Assembly: GCA_021209525.1 (NCBI GenBank)
Contig: JAJOIF010000004.1
Span: 35,730 to 99,729, forward strand
From: Minisyncoccota bacterium
GTDB taxonomy: Bacteria > Patescibacteriota > Minisyncoccia > Phycocordibacterales > UBA1006
Direction: 5' to 3'
Length of the DNA: 64,000 nucleotides
Shown here: piece by piece, positions 29,169-38,119 of the stretch
How positions within the stretch are numbered: the first letter of the stretch is position 1
Layout of the letters: each line of letters opens with the position of its first letter
Position numbers and translations under genes: made by a program
The notes under the pieces: generated by a model
What the model saw: only the letters and a program-made list of their open reading frames with translations
The model's database searches: none
What the model was told of the DNA's origin: nothing

Positions 29169-29768
29169 TTACTGTAACTTTTTAACTTCAAAAGAGCCTG
29201 TATTATTACGATCTCTACCTGAGTAATATTCTGTTTGAAGCACTCCTTCATCTTCTAGCTTTGCAGATGCTGATCCCTCATGTATATGCATACTTTCAGG
29301 TGCATTATCTTTTGGTTTGTTTCTGTATTGATAATGTATTCTAGCCGTCCCGAATTCATCGACATTCATTGACGCTTCAAAACTGAAAGATTCTGATGTC
29401 TCTGTTTCCAGATAGATAAGTAGATGAGTCCATGTTTGTTTAATACAAAATTTCTTTATCTGTATTGGACCGTTGGCATGATTTGAATGAGATGTTATGG
29501 TTCCAGACCAATTTCCGTCTATGATAGGAGTTTTTATACTAGCAATTTTGCGAATAAAATTATTTCTCCACAAATTAGTTTCGAACCACTTATGTAAAAT
29601 TCCATAAAATCCAATTACCGAAGGAGCTTCTATCCACCACGGTAAGGGAAAGATGTTTTTTGAAAATAGATATAATCCCCATGCAAGCAATATCGATATT
29701 ACTGCAAGATAAAGCGACACATACTTGTGTTCTTCTGAGTTTATTGAATATGGATGTATGTTTTGCAT
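29169..29768 (-). CDS. Predicted membrane effector: two N-terminal TM helices + ~130-aa beta-rich C-terminal domain (Cap15-like architecture)
   Basis: TM1 YVSLYLAVISILLAWGLYLF. Second hydrophobic segment PLPWWIEAPSVIGFYGILHKW. Start is 3 nt after the NTase stop. Confidence 0.45.
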   Translation of the reverse strand: MQNIHPYSINSEEHKYVSLYLAVISILLAWGLYLFSKNIFPLPWWIEAPSVIGFYGILHKWFETNLWRNNFIRKIASIKTPIIDGNWSGTITSHSNHANGPIQIKKFCIKQTWTHLLIYLETETSESFSFEASMNVDEFGTARIHYQYRNKPKDNAPESMHIHEGSASAKLEDEGVLQTEYYSGRDRNNTGSFEVKKLQ

Positions 29769-29770
29769 AG

Positions 29771-30694
29771 TTATTTATTCCAATTATCCCAAAGTTCCAC
29801 AAAAGCACTAATAGTTTTTACTGCATCATCTTGGTTCCACTGCTCCTCACTTTCACCAAATAATTCATGAAAATGGTTTTGACACATACATTGACCAAGA
29901 GCTAATGCAGACCAGAGATGTTTTAATACTGCGTGTACGGTTGTAGAATGATCACCAGTAAAGTGCTCATCAGGGACATTGTAAATTAATGACTGTAAGA
30001 AATATGAAGGCGCTACACCATCGGTAAGTTTACCTGTATCAACAAGATGATTTCTCATATTTTTGAAAATTCGCACTGTTGGCTTAAAACGCCCGCCTGT
30101 ACGAGTATCTGAATTTTTATCAACTCCATTTTGATAGTGGTGCTCTGGATAATTTATGATTCCACGATTTGTTGTGCGATGATAGAATTTAACACCCTCT
30201 TCCGCATTATGACTATTAGTACCATAGAAATAATCATATTTTCGATAATTTATAACAGGAACAATGTCGGCCTTTAGTCTTCCTGAAGAAGGTTTGAGTT
30301 TAATTGACTTATTACCACTTGTATCAACGGAAAGTAATCCATAATATTTAGTCAGAGCAGAAATGACATCTCTGCGTAAATCTTGCCAATCATAAACAGC
30401 ACTACCATATGCCTGATCATGAGCATTTTTCTGATCATAAGGAAGTTCGTGTGCATTATGACCAAATGTAGTTGTTAACTCGACAACTACATCCACATCA
30501 CTATCTGCTCGAATATTTGTATCGTTTTTATATGATCCCTGGAGATAGATTTTTACCGAACCATTACTGATACGATCTTTAAGTGGTGACTGATCATGTG
30601 TCAGTGCTGTTCGAATAGATTCATGAGTTGCTTTTGCTGAAACAGTAGCACCTTGATTCGACCATGTTGTTAGTTGAGAGAGTGGAATTGCCAT
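29771..30694 (-). CDS. Pol-beta-superfamily nucleotidyltransferase of the SMODS/CD-NTase type (candidate CBASS cyclase)
   Basis: GS-x9-DSDVDVVVEL gives GS...DxD. A downstream LKADIVPV supplies the third acidic residue on a beta-strand (the 'DIVP' signature of cGAS/DncV-like enzymes). Confidence 0.6.
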   Translation of the reverse strand: MAIPLSQLTTWSNQGATVSAKATHESIRTALTHDQSPLKDRISNGSVKIYLQGSYKNDTNIRADSDVDVVVELTTTFGHNAHELPYDQKNAHDQAYGSAVYDWQDLRRDVISALTKYYGLLSVDTSGNKSIKLKPSSGRLKADIVPVINYRKYDYFYGTNSHNAEEGVKFYHRTTNRGIINYPEHHYQNGVDKNSDTRTGGRFKPTVRIFKNMRNHLVDTGKLTDGVAPSYFLQSLIYNVPDEHFTGDHSTTVHAVLKHLWSALALGQCMCQNHFHELFGESEEQWNQDDAVKTISAFVELWDNWNK

Positions 30695-30695
30695 A

Positions 30696-31607
30696 TCATT
30701 TAAATAGATTATCGATTTCAGCCGACCAATTATCGCTATGTATTATCCTATCTTTTTGATAGTTATTTTTAAGTATTTCTGCTTTGGTCATTTGAGAAAG
30801 CACCTCCCAATCAGTACCTAACACGTAAGTAGCATTACCATAATGCAAACTTTCAAGTAAATAAATACTTTTATCTTTATATCCAAACACAAGATACCCA
30901 GTAAAACCTCCCAACCCTATCGCTATTTGATCAGGCTTGTAAGATTCAATTTTTTTGAACCTGTCAGCTATCATTGCTTTTTCTCCAACAGATCTTTTTT
31001 CAATAATTTCTTTTACTCTTTCGTTAACCTTACTCCAGGGATTTATTCCAGGAGGTAGTAACTCCCAGTTGAGTCTAATAATTTTAGTTTTGACTGGTAG
31101 AGTCAAATTTTCTTTAAAAATCTGAAACTCATCAAATATTTCAAAAAACAAATTCATTGCATGCTTAATATCAGCATATTCACTTTTTACTTTTTTAAAT
31201 TTCTTTGAAATAACTATTTTCTTTGCATCATTTTCAGCAATTTGAAACTCCAAACTAGGAGGAGGGACTAGTTCTCTTTGCCATCTTTCATATGGCATGT
31301 AATTTACACCACTATGTTCATAGCCGCCCCAATCAGTTAATGTCCATTCTCTAGGATAATAAACTGTCTCTTTTGGTAGATCTTTTCTAGGATTTTCTTT
31401 ACCTTCTGCATTAAACTCTGAAACATTTCCAAATATCGCAGGAAGAACAGTCTCACCCACATTGAGATTATTAGAGAAACCTATCTTTTTAAGTAAATCA
31501 AATAAATTATCATTAATCTCAATACCGACATAAAAATTCTCATTCTCTTTTATTAAGGAGAGGTATTTTTCAGGATTAATTACTCTTTTGTGTCTTTTCT
31601 TTGCCAT
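30696..31607 (-). CDS. Hypothetical protein (303 aa), second gene of the repressor-NTase-effector operon
   Basis: Overlapping or abutting neighbours (4-nt and 1-nt gaps). No recognisable motifs. Confidence 0.45.
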   Translation of the reverse strand: MAKKRHKRVINPEKYLSLIKENENFYVGIEINDNLFDLLKKIGFSNNLNVGETVLPAIFGNVSEFNAEGKENPRKDLPKETVYYPREWTLTDWGGYEHSGVNYMPYERWQRELVPPPSLEFQIAENDAKKIVISKKFKKVKSEYADIKHAMNLFFEIFDEFQIFKENLTLPVKTKIIRLNWELLPPGINPWSKVNERVKEIIEKRSVGEKAMIADRFKKIESYKPDQIAIGLGGFTGYLVFGYKDKSIYLLESLHYGNATYVLGTDWEVLSQMTKAEILKNNYQKDRIIHSDNWSAEIDNLFK

Positions 31608-31610
31608 AAT

Positions 31611-32228
31611 TTAGTATAGATCACCAGGAAGTACAGCAACGACTACTCCTTGTATGATGCAGTTATCTGTTAATATAATCGGCTTATGGTCTTTGTTTGT
31701 TGATTTCGGTTGAAGTACAACAGCACCATTCGCTTTCTTGAACACCTTGACGGTTGCTTCGTCATTTATAAGGGCAACAACCTTTTCATTATCTTCCGCT
31801 GTATCCTGTTGTCGAATCAAAAGCAGATCTCCACTATTAATTCCTGCAAGATTCATCGAGTCACCCATAGCACGCAATAGAAAATATTTTGAACCCTTTT
31901 TAGCTAGCCCTGTTGATACAGGAATCATGGCTTGAATATTTTCTTCAGCTAGTACTGGTGAGCCACAAGTTACAGCACCAACCAAAGGAACATCAACTGT
32001 GCTTATTGAAGCTGTTGTCTGCGATCCAGTAAGGATAAGCTGTCGTCCGATTTTCTTTATTAGACCAGCCTCGATAAGTCGATTAACAACAAGGCTCGCA
32101 GATCGTGGAGATTTACCGCCTGTAACCTCATTAATCTCATCGAGAGTAGGGCTTTTGCCATAATGAACAATCTTGTTACGGATAAGGGCAAATGCTTTTT
32201 TGTCTTTGTCGCTAAGGTTATTTGTCAT
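31611..32228 (-). CDS. LexA/CI-like repressor (HTH + S24 autopeptidase)
   Basis: HTH PTLDEINEVTGGKSPRSASLVVNRL. Cleavage-site-like VGAVTCG. Ser/Lys dyad region GDSMNLAG...K. Start placed at MTNNLSDK; the upstream in-frame extension is palindromic operator DNA. Confidence 0.8.
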   Translation of the reverse strand: MTNNLSDKDKKAFALIRNKIVHYGKSPTLDEINEVTGGKSPRSASLVVNRLIEAGLIKKIGRQLILTGSQTTASISTVDVPLVGAVTCGSPVLAEENIQAMIPVSTGLAKKGSKYFLLRAMGDSMNLAGINSGDLLLIRQQDTAEDNEKVVALINDEATVKVFKKANGAVVLQPKSTNKDHKPIILTDNCIIQGVVVAVLPGDLY

Positions 32229-32286
32229 AGTATAAATAGTATAAATTATACTATACAAAAAAGCAAGTATTTGCTATGATATTCTT
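32229..32286. promoter_or_regulatory. Divergent promoter/operator region with palindromes
   Basis: TAGTATAAATTATACTA (32237-32253), direct repeat agtataaat x2, near-palindrome gcaagtatttgc. Confidence 0.4.
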
Positions 32287-32919
32287 ATGGAAAATGACCA
32301 GAAAAAACCAATGACTGTCGGTGAACTGGTAGCAAAGATACACTCTCCTGTTTTAAGCGAGGGGCAGATTTCTCAATTTCGAGAGATTGGTAAAAGACAT
32401 GCGGAAATGATTGAAAATATCAGAAAAGTTGCACAACCTATTATTGAACAAATGAATCGTGTTCGCGAACAAACAAAGCTTTTTGAACCAGTAGAATATC
32501 CAGCAATAGTATATCGTCGCCCCGTTGAATATGACATCCTGGAAGAACTACAAGAATTAAATAAAAACCACAAACGTCTTCTGTCTTCAAGCGAAGATAG
32601 TAATATAATCATCTACGACACAAGTAATGGGTCGCTCGACAGACATTTGGGTGGCAAACTATTTTCATACGATCTCACTGAAAATGGAAAAAGAAAGAAA
32701 TTACTTGAAACATTACTGAATCGAGATGCTTATGTACAAACAAAAGACTTACAAAGAATACTCTCTTGCCCATCATCGCAGGCAGTAGCAAAAATAGTTC
32801 AAACTTTTAATGACTATGCGATAAACACACTAAGACTACCAAAGAAGACAAAACTCATTCAAGGAAAGAAAGGTTCTGGATATCGTATTAATCCTAAAAT
32901 ACACATAGAGAAAGAGTAA
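32287..32919 (+). CDS. Hypothetical protein (210 aa), divergent from the repressor. Possible Cro/antirepressor-position regulator
   Basis: Position divergent from the CI-like gene. C-terminal basic region. Confidence 0.4.
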   Translation: MENDQKKPMTVGELVAKIHSPVLSEGQISQFREIGKRHAEMIENIRKVAQPIIEQMNRVREQTKLFEPVEYPAIVYRRPVEYDILEELQELNKNHKRLLSSSEDSNIIIYDTSNGSLDRHLGGKLFSYDLTENGKRKKLLETLLNRDAYVQTKDLQRILSCPSSQAVAKIVQTFNDYAINTLRLPKKTKLIQGKKGSGYRINPKIHIEKE

Positions 32920-33093
32920 ATTCCTAAGTTGACACCAAGTTGAGTGGATAACTTTGAAAAATCGCCTTTAAATAGGCGTTTTTTCTTTATGTTACTCAAT
33001 TTTGTGGTGATTACATGACTATGTACCTTTTTGATTTCATAGAGTTAGTAGATTAGTCATCTACAAATTTATAAGTAATTAAATAAAAACTCT

Positions 33094-34371
33094 ATGAATA
33101 AAAAACCTTCATGGAAAACAGGAGTTAGAGAAGTCAAAGATTTACTCCCTTGGAAAGAAAATCCAAGAAAAATCTCACGGGTCGCTATGGAAAAATTAAA
33201 AGAGAAAATCATTCAAAGTGGTTTTCATAGTGTAATTGTTATTGATACAGACAATACGATTATTTCAGGTAATCAAAGAAAAACTGCTTTGATACAGCTC
33301 GGTATTAAACAAGTAAATGTACTGATTCCTGATCGTAAATTGTCTGACGAAGAACGTCGCAAGATTGCGATCGAAAGCAATGTCAACGACGGTGAGTGGG
33401 ATTTCGAAAAGCTTAAGTCTTTTGACCTTGAGCTTTTACAGTTCGCTGGATTCAACGAAAAAGAATTAGTTAAGTTTTGGGACGAAGAAAAGGATACCAA
33501 AGATGACAAATTCGATGTCGATAAAGAGTTAAAGAAAATAAAAACACCGCAAACAAAGCCGGGTGATCTTATCATCATGGGTGGTCATAAGTTGCTATGT
33601 GCTAGCTCAACCGACATGAATGCTGTCACTAAGCTATTCGGAAATGATAAAGCCACGGCTATCTATAATGATCCACCTTTTAATATCGGGCTTTCATACG
33701 ACAAAGGTGTTGGTAATAAATCTAACTACGGAGGTACGTTTGACGACAATCAATCACCTGAAGAATATAAAGAATTTATTCGCAAGGTTCTAAAATCTTC
33801 ACTAACCGTATCTACCAAAGATGTACACGTCGCTTTCTGGTGTGATGAAGCCTGGGTGTGGGTTTTTCAAACGCTCTATATGGAAAATGGAGTTAAGAAC
33901 CGAAGACTTAATGTCTGGGTTAAAAACAATTCATCACCGACACCAACTGTTGCGTTCAATAAGTGTCTTGAGTATTGCGTGTATGGCACAAAAGGATCTC
34001 CATATATTTCAGATCTCGTAAAAAATCTCAACGAAGTACAAAACAAAGACTATGGAACTGGTAACCAACTTCTTGAAGACATCTCAAATATCTGGGCAAC
34101 AAAACGACTACCTTCAAATCAAATGGAACATGCGACGAGTAAAAATCCTGAATTACACCATAAGTTTATTATGCGTTGCACTAAGCCAGGAGACATCATT
34201 TTTGATGCCTTCTCTGGATCTGCTAGCACCATGATCTGTGCAGAACAACTGGGTCGAAAGGTCTATTCCCTAGAGATAGAGCCTGTGTTTTGCGATTTGG
34301 CGATTCGTCGTTATGAAAAATTAACTGGTCATAAGGCACAAGTAATTAAGAACTTCTATGAAAAAGAATAA
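33094..34371 (+). CDS. ParB-like nuclease domain fused to an N6-adenine/N4-cytosine DNA methyltransferase (phage-type orphan MTase)
   Basis: N-terminal ParB/Srx motif region. C-terminal IYNDPPFNIG (DPPF motif IV) and FDAFSGSAST (motif I). Confidence 0.8.
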   Translation: MNKKPSWKTGVREVKDLLPWKENPRKISRVAMEKLKEKIIQSGFHSVIVIDTDNTIISGNQRKTALIQLGIKQVNVLIPDRKLSDEERRKIAIESNVNDGEWDFEKLKSFDLELLQFAGFNEKELVKFWDEEKDTKDDKFDVDKELKKIKTPQTKPGDLIIMGGHKLLCASSTDMNAVTKLFGNDKATAIYNDPPFNIGLSYDKGVGNKSNYGGTFDDNQSPEEYKEFIRKVLKSSLTVSTKDVHVAFWCDEAWVWVFQTLYMENGVKNRRLNVWVKNNSSPTPTVAFNKCLEYCVYGTKGSPYISDLVKNLNEVQNKDYGTGNQLLEDISNIWATKRLPSNQMEHATSKNPELHHKFIMRCTKPGDIIFDAFSGSASTMICAEQLGRKVYSLEIEPVFCDLAIRRYEKLTGHKAQVIKNFYEKE

Positions 34372-34765
34372 ATTTCAAGATCAGTTTCTTGATGAGCTAC
34401 GGAAAGTGCCAATCATTCAGGTTGCTTGCGAGAAATCAGGACTATCTCGTCAAAGTGTCTATCGGTGGAGAAAGGAAGATAAAGAATTTCTCAAGAAAAT
34501 GGATAGTGCACTTTCTGAAGGTGTCGCCTTGGTAAATGACATGAGTGAAAGTCAATTACTTACGCTCATCAAAGAGAAAAACTATCCTGCAATTAGTTTT
34601 TGGCTCCGTCACCGAAATGATAATTACAAAAACAAGCTTGAGATTACTACTAAAGATGATAACGAGGAACTAACACCGTCACAAGCGAAAATTGTAAAGC
34701 AGGCGCTCAAACTCGCAAAAATTACTAAGTCGAAATCTATTAAAAATATTAATCGTAAAAAATAA
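34358..34765 (+). CDS. Phage terminase small subunit-like HTH protein
   Basis: HTH VACEKSGLSRQSVYRWRKE. Sits immediately upstream of the terminase large subunit. Confidence 0.5.
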   Translation: MKKNKFQDQFLDELRKVPIIQVACEKSGLSRQSVYRWRKEDKEFLKKMDSALSEGVALVNDMSESQLLTLIKEKNYPAISFWLRHRNDNYKNKLEITTKDDNEELTPSQAKIVKQALKLAKITKSKSIKNINRKK

Positions 34766-34767
34766 TT

Positions 34768-36264
34768 ATGACTAAAATAATTCCCAAAGCACTGGTGAAT
34801 ACGATGATAAAAGATCGTTCAGTGCGAACATCAATTACCAAGGATAGTTTTCTGTATTTCTTCCATTTTTACTATGCACACTATGTAAAGTATGAGACAG
34901 CAGATTTTCAAAAAGAGATTATTCATAATCTCGAAAAAAGTACCACAGAAAATCTGTATGTAGTAGCATTTCGTGGATCAGGAAAATCGACCATGGTTAC
35001 AACAGCATACCCAATTTGGGCAATCCTCGGAAAACAACAAAAGAAGTTTTGTATTATCTTTTGTCAGACACGAGCACAAGCAAAGCAACATATGATGAAT
35101 ATCCGTACTGAACTTGAGGGTAATGACGTTCTTAAAAAAGACCTTGGACCTTTTCAAGAAGAAAGTGACGAATGGGGCTCATTCTCTCTTGTATTCAAAA
35201 AGCACGGAGCAAGAATTACTGTAGCTTCTGCCGAGCAAAGTATTCGTGGAATTCGTCATAATGAACACCGTCCTGATCTCATCATCTGCGATGACGTTGA
35301 AGATGTTCAATCTACTAAAACTCGTGAGGGTCGAGAAAAGACATATAACTGGCTCCGTGGCGAGGTTGTACCTGCTGGCGATAGAAATACACGCTTAATC
35401 ATAGTCGGAAACTTACTCCACGAAGATTCGTTGTTAATGCGTATTAAAGACGAAATTGCAAAAGGTAAGGCGAAAGGAATTTTCAAAGAGTATCCGTTGA
35501 TTGATAAGAATGGTGTTTGTTTATGGTCTGGGAAATATGCAACAGAAAGAGATCTTGAGGATGAGAAGTTAAAAGTTGCCAGTGAAATATCGTGGCAACG
35601 AGAATATTTACTCCGTATTATTCCAAGCGATGATCAAGTTATCTATCCAGAATGGATTCAGTTTTATGACGAACTGCCAGGAGAAAAACATCGTGGCTAT
35701 CGTGGTACCTATGCAGGAGTAGATCTTGCGATTTCAGCTTCAGAAACAGCTGATGACACAGCTGTGGTATTTGCCCACATTTATTCACGCCGTGAGAAAT
35801 TACGAATTTATATACTACCTAACCCTATTGCAAAGAAACTTAACTTTCCTGCACAGGTGGATCTTATGAAAGATATTCGCAACACTTTGCTCACAAGAAG
35901 CTCTGACGAGTTGTTTGTTGAGAGTGTTGCATATCAAGAAGCCCTACCACAAATGCTTGAACATCATGGTGTTAAGGCTACAGCAATAAAACCTAAGGGT
36001 GACAAAAGAACACGACTTGCTCTTACTTCAACTGCAATAAAATCAGCAAAAATTTTATTCCCAAGACAAGGGTGTGAAAGACTTATCGAGCAACTTGTTG
36101 GATTTGGAGTAGAAAAGCATGACGACTTAGCGGATGCATTTTCTCTCTTAATTAACTCAACTATGGATAAACATTCAGGAGAATCTACATGGCTTATGTA
36201 CTGGATGGGAGATGATGAACCTTTGTATTTTAGGGATTATGTAGATATGGGTCAAAAAAAGTAG
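34768..36264 (+). CDS. Phage terminase large subunit
   Basis: Walker A FRGSGKST, Walker B LIICDDVED, and a C-terminal RNase-H-like nuclease region. Confidence 0.8.
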   Translation: MTKIIPKALVNTMIKDRSVRTSITKDSFLYFFHFYYAHYVKYETADFQKEIIHNLEKSTTENLYVVAFRGSGKSTMVTTAYPIWAILGKQQKKFCIIFCQTRAQAKQHMMNIRTELEGNDVLKKDLGPFQEESDEWGSFSLVFKKHGARITVASAEQSIRGIRHNEHRPDLIICDDVEDVQSTKTREGREKTYNWLRGEVVPAGDRNTRLIIVGNLLHEDSLLMRIKDEIAKGKAKGIFKEYPLIDKNGVCLWSGKYATERDLEDEKLKVASEISWQREYLLRIIPSDDQVIYPEWIQFYDELPGEKHRGYRGTYAGVDLAISASETADDTAVVFAHIYSRREKLRIYILPNPIAKKLNFPAQVDLMKDIRNTLLTRSSDELFVESVAYQEALPQMLEHHGVKATAIKPKGDKRTRLALTSTAIKSAKILFPRQGCERLIEQLVGFGVEKHDDLADAFSLLINSTMDKHSGESTWLMYWMGDDEPLYFRDYVDMGQKK

Positions 36265-36359
36265 TCGCGAGTATGCAATATTTCGCTAGTTCTGCATAGA
36301 CTTAGCAAAACGCTCAAATTGCGTCATCAATATAATATGGAGACGCAATATATAAGTAA

Positions 36360-37655
36360 TTTAGGGGTAAGGACAGAAGTACCAAAACCAAGATTCGGTA
36401 TGTCCTGTATGCTCGAAAATCAACCGAATCAGACGAAAAGCAAGCCTTATCTATTGAATCACAGGTTAAGGAAATGCTTGCCATAGCCGACCGTGACGGC
36501 TTAACAGTTGTTGATATTAGGCGTGAATCTCATTCAGCTAAAGAATCCGGTCAACGACCAGTATTTAGAGAGGTATTAGAGGATGTAAGACGTGGTAGAT
36601 ATAACGGAATACTCACATGGGCACCAGATCGTCTATCAAGAAACGCTGGCGACCTAGGATCAGTGGTTGACCTTATGGACGAGACAAAACTTCTTGAAAT
36701 AAGAACATATGGACAGCATTTTAAAAATTCTCCCAATGAGAAGTTTCTTTTGATGATCCTGTGTTCCCAAGCAAAGCTCGAAAACGATAACAAAAGTATA
36801 AATGTAAAACGAGGACTGCGAACAAGGTGTGAAATGGGATTGCGACCTGGACCTGCTGTAGTCGGATATCTTAATGAAAAGAGAATGGATAAAAAGTGCG
36901 AAGTGGTTATAGATCCTGAACGAGCACCGATAGTTAAACAAATGTTTGAAAAAGTAGCTTATGAAAAATGGTCAGGAAGAAAGCTCTATCACTGGCTTAA
37001 GTTTGATCTTAATTTCAAAACTCGTAGTGGCAACAAAGGTCTTACCCTTAGCAATATTTATCTCATACTTCAAAATCCATTCTATTATGGAGTTTTTGAG
37101 TATCCACGAAAAAGTGGAAATTTCTATACTGGAAGACACAAGCCAATAATCAATAAGGAGCTTTTTGAATTAGTCCAAGAGCAGGTAAAAAGCCAAGTTT
37201 TAAGGACCCAAGAACCAAAAGAGTTTGCTTTTACAAAAATGATGACTTGCGGGCTTTGTGGCTCAGGAATATGTGCTGATGAAAAGTTTAAAAAGTTAAA
37301 AGATGGGTCAGTAAACAGGCATATCTATTATGGATGTACTAGATCTAAAGATAAAAATTGTAAGTGTGGGTATATAAACGAGATTGAATTAATACAGCAA
37401 TTTGAAAAGTTGATTGATCAAGTAAATATCAACGAGATTGGGATGAAAGAGAAAATCAAATATGAAGTTGAGCGAATAAAACGCTTTAATCAATCTGTAT
37501 TAAATACAAAACAGCAGATACAAATAAAAGACGTAGACATCAGAGACTACGCCAAATTTATTTTGAAAGACGGTTTGATTGAGGAGAAACGAGAATTACT
37601 AACTTGTTTTAAGAGTAAGATTTTCCTAAAAGAGAAAAGAATTTTCCTCGACTAG
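36360..37655 (+). CDS. Large serine recombinase (resolvase/invertase catalytic domain + recombinase and zinc-ribbon regions); start codon unresolved
   Basis: Catalytic motif IRYVLYARKSTESDEKQALSIESQ is in frame upstream of the first ATG (36474). No ATG, GTG or TTG lies in frame between the TAA at 36357 and the Ser codon. Confidence 0.75.
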   Translation, partial: FRGKDRSTKTKIRYVLYARKSTESDEKQALSIESQVKEMLAIADRDGLTVVDIRRESHSAKESGQRPVFREVLEDVRRGRYNGILTWAPDRLSRNAGDLGSVVDLMDETKLLEIRTYGQHFKNSPNEKFLLMILCSQAKLENDNKSINVKRGLRTRCEMGLRPGPAVVGYLNEKRMDKKCEVVIDPERAPIVKQMFEKVAYEKWSGRKLYHWLKFDLNFKTRSGNKGLTLSNIYLILQNPFYYGVFEYPRKSGNFYTGRHKPIINKELFELVQEQVKSQVLRTQEPKEFAFTKMMTCGLCGSGICADEKFKKLKDGSVNRHIYYGCTRSKDKNCKCGYINEIELIQQFEKLIDQVNINEIGMKEKIKYEVERIKRFNQSVLNTKQQIQIKDVDIRDYAKFILKDGLIEEKRELLTCFKSKIFLKEKRIFLD

Positions 37656-37659
37656 ATAT

Positions 37660-38094
37660 TTAATTCTGTCTAAATCCCTGCATTCCTGAACCTAGCTGAA
37701 TCGACTGAGCATTTACGCTACCATCTGAATTTGCTTGACCCATAATAACCACATTCTCTCCCACAACCAAATCAGCAACAGTTCCTGCTTGTGTTTTGTT
37801 AATAGATGTCGAAGTTGAAAGTAGAATAATTTTAGATCCACCATCTGTGAGTTTTACAGTGATACTCGTATCGTCCTTAGCGATAATTTCACCAACAGTG
37901 CCACCACCGAACACACCTTGTCTACTTTGCGCTCCACTTGGACCGCCTTGTCCACCTCTAAATTGACCCGCTTGTCCCTCTGGGAACCCAGTTGGTCTAT
38001 CGCTAGATTGAGAAACTTTGGTACCTGCATAAAATGCACCACCCCCAACAACCAAAACACCAATAATCGCACCTATAATTATATTTTTGTTCAT
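37660..38094 (-). CDS. Secreted DUF5666-like protein (N-terminal TM, Gly-rich linker, beta-rich domain); paralog of 41757-42248
   Basis: GEIIAKDDTSITVKLTDGG...DLVVGENVVIMGQANSDGSVNAQSIQL is similar to the 163-aa protein upstream in the operon. Confidence 0.45.
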   Translation of the reverse strand: MNKNIIIGAIIGVLVVGGGAFYAGTKVSQSSDRPTGFPEGQAGQFRGGQGGPSGAQSRQGVFGGGTVGEIIAKDDTSITVKLTDGGSKIILLSTSTSINKTQAGTVADLVVGENVVIMGQANSDGSVNAQSIQLGSGMQGFRQN

Positions 38095-38119
38095 ATACTT
38101 TTATTAATTAAACTATTAA

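Larger units (their letters stand above)
32287..37655 (+). mobile_element. Prophage/integrative-element remnant: ParB-MTase, terminase small and large subunits, serine recombinase. No structural genes
   Basis: Gene content and AT-rich composition. Recombinase at the right edge. Confidence 0.5.
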
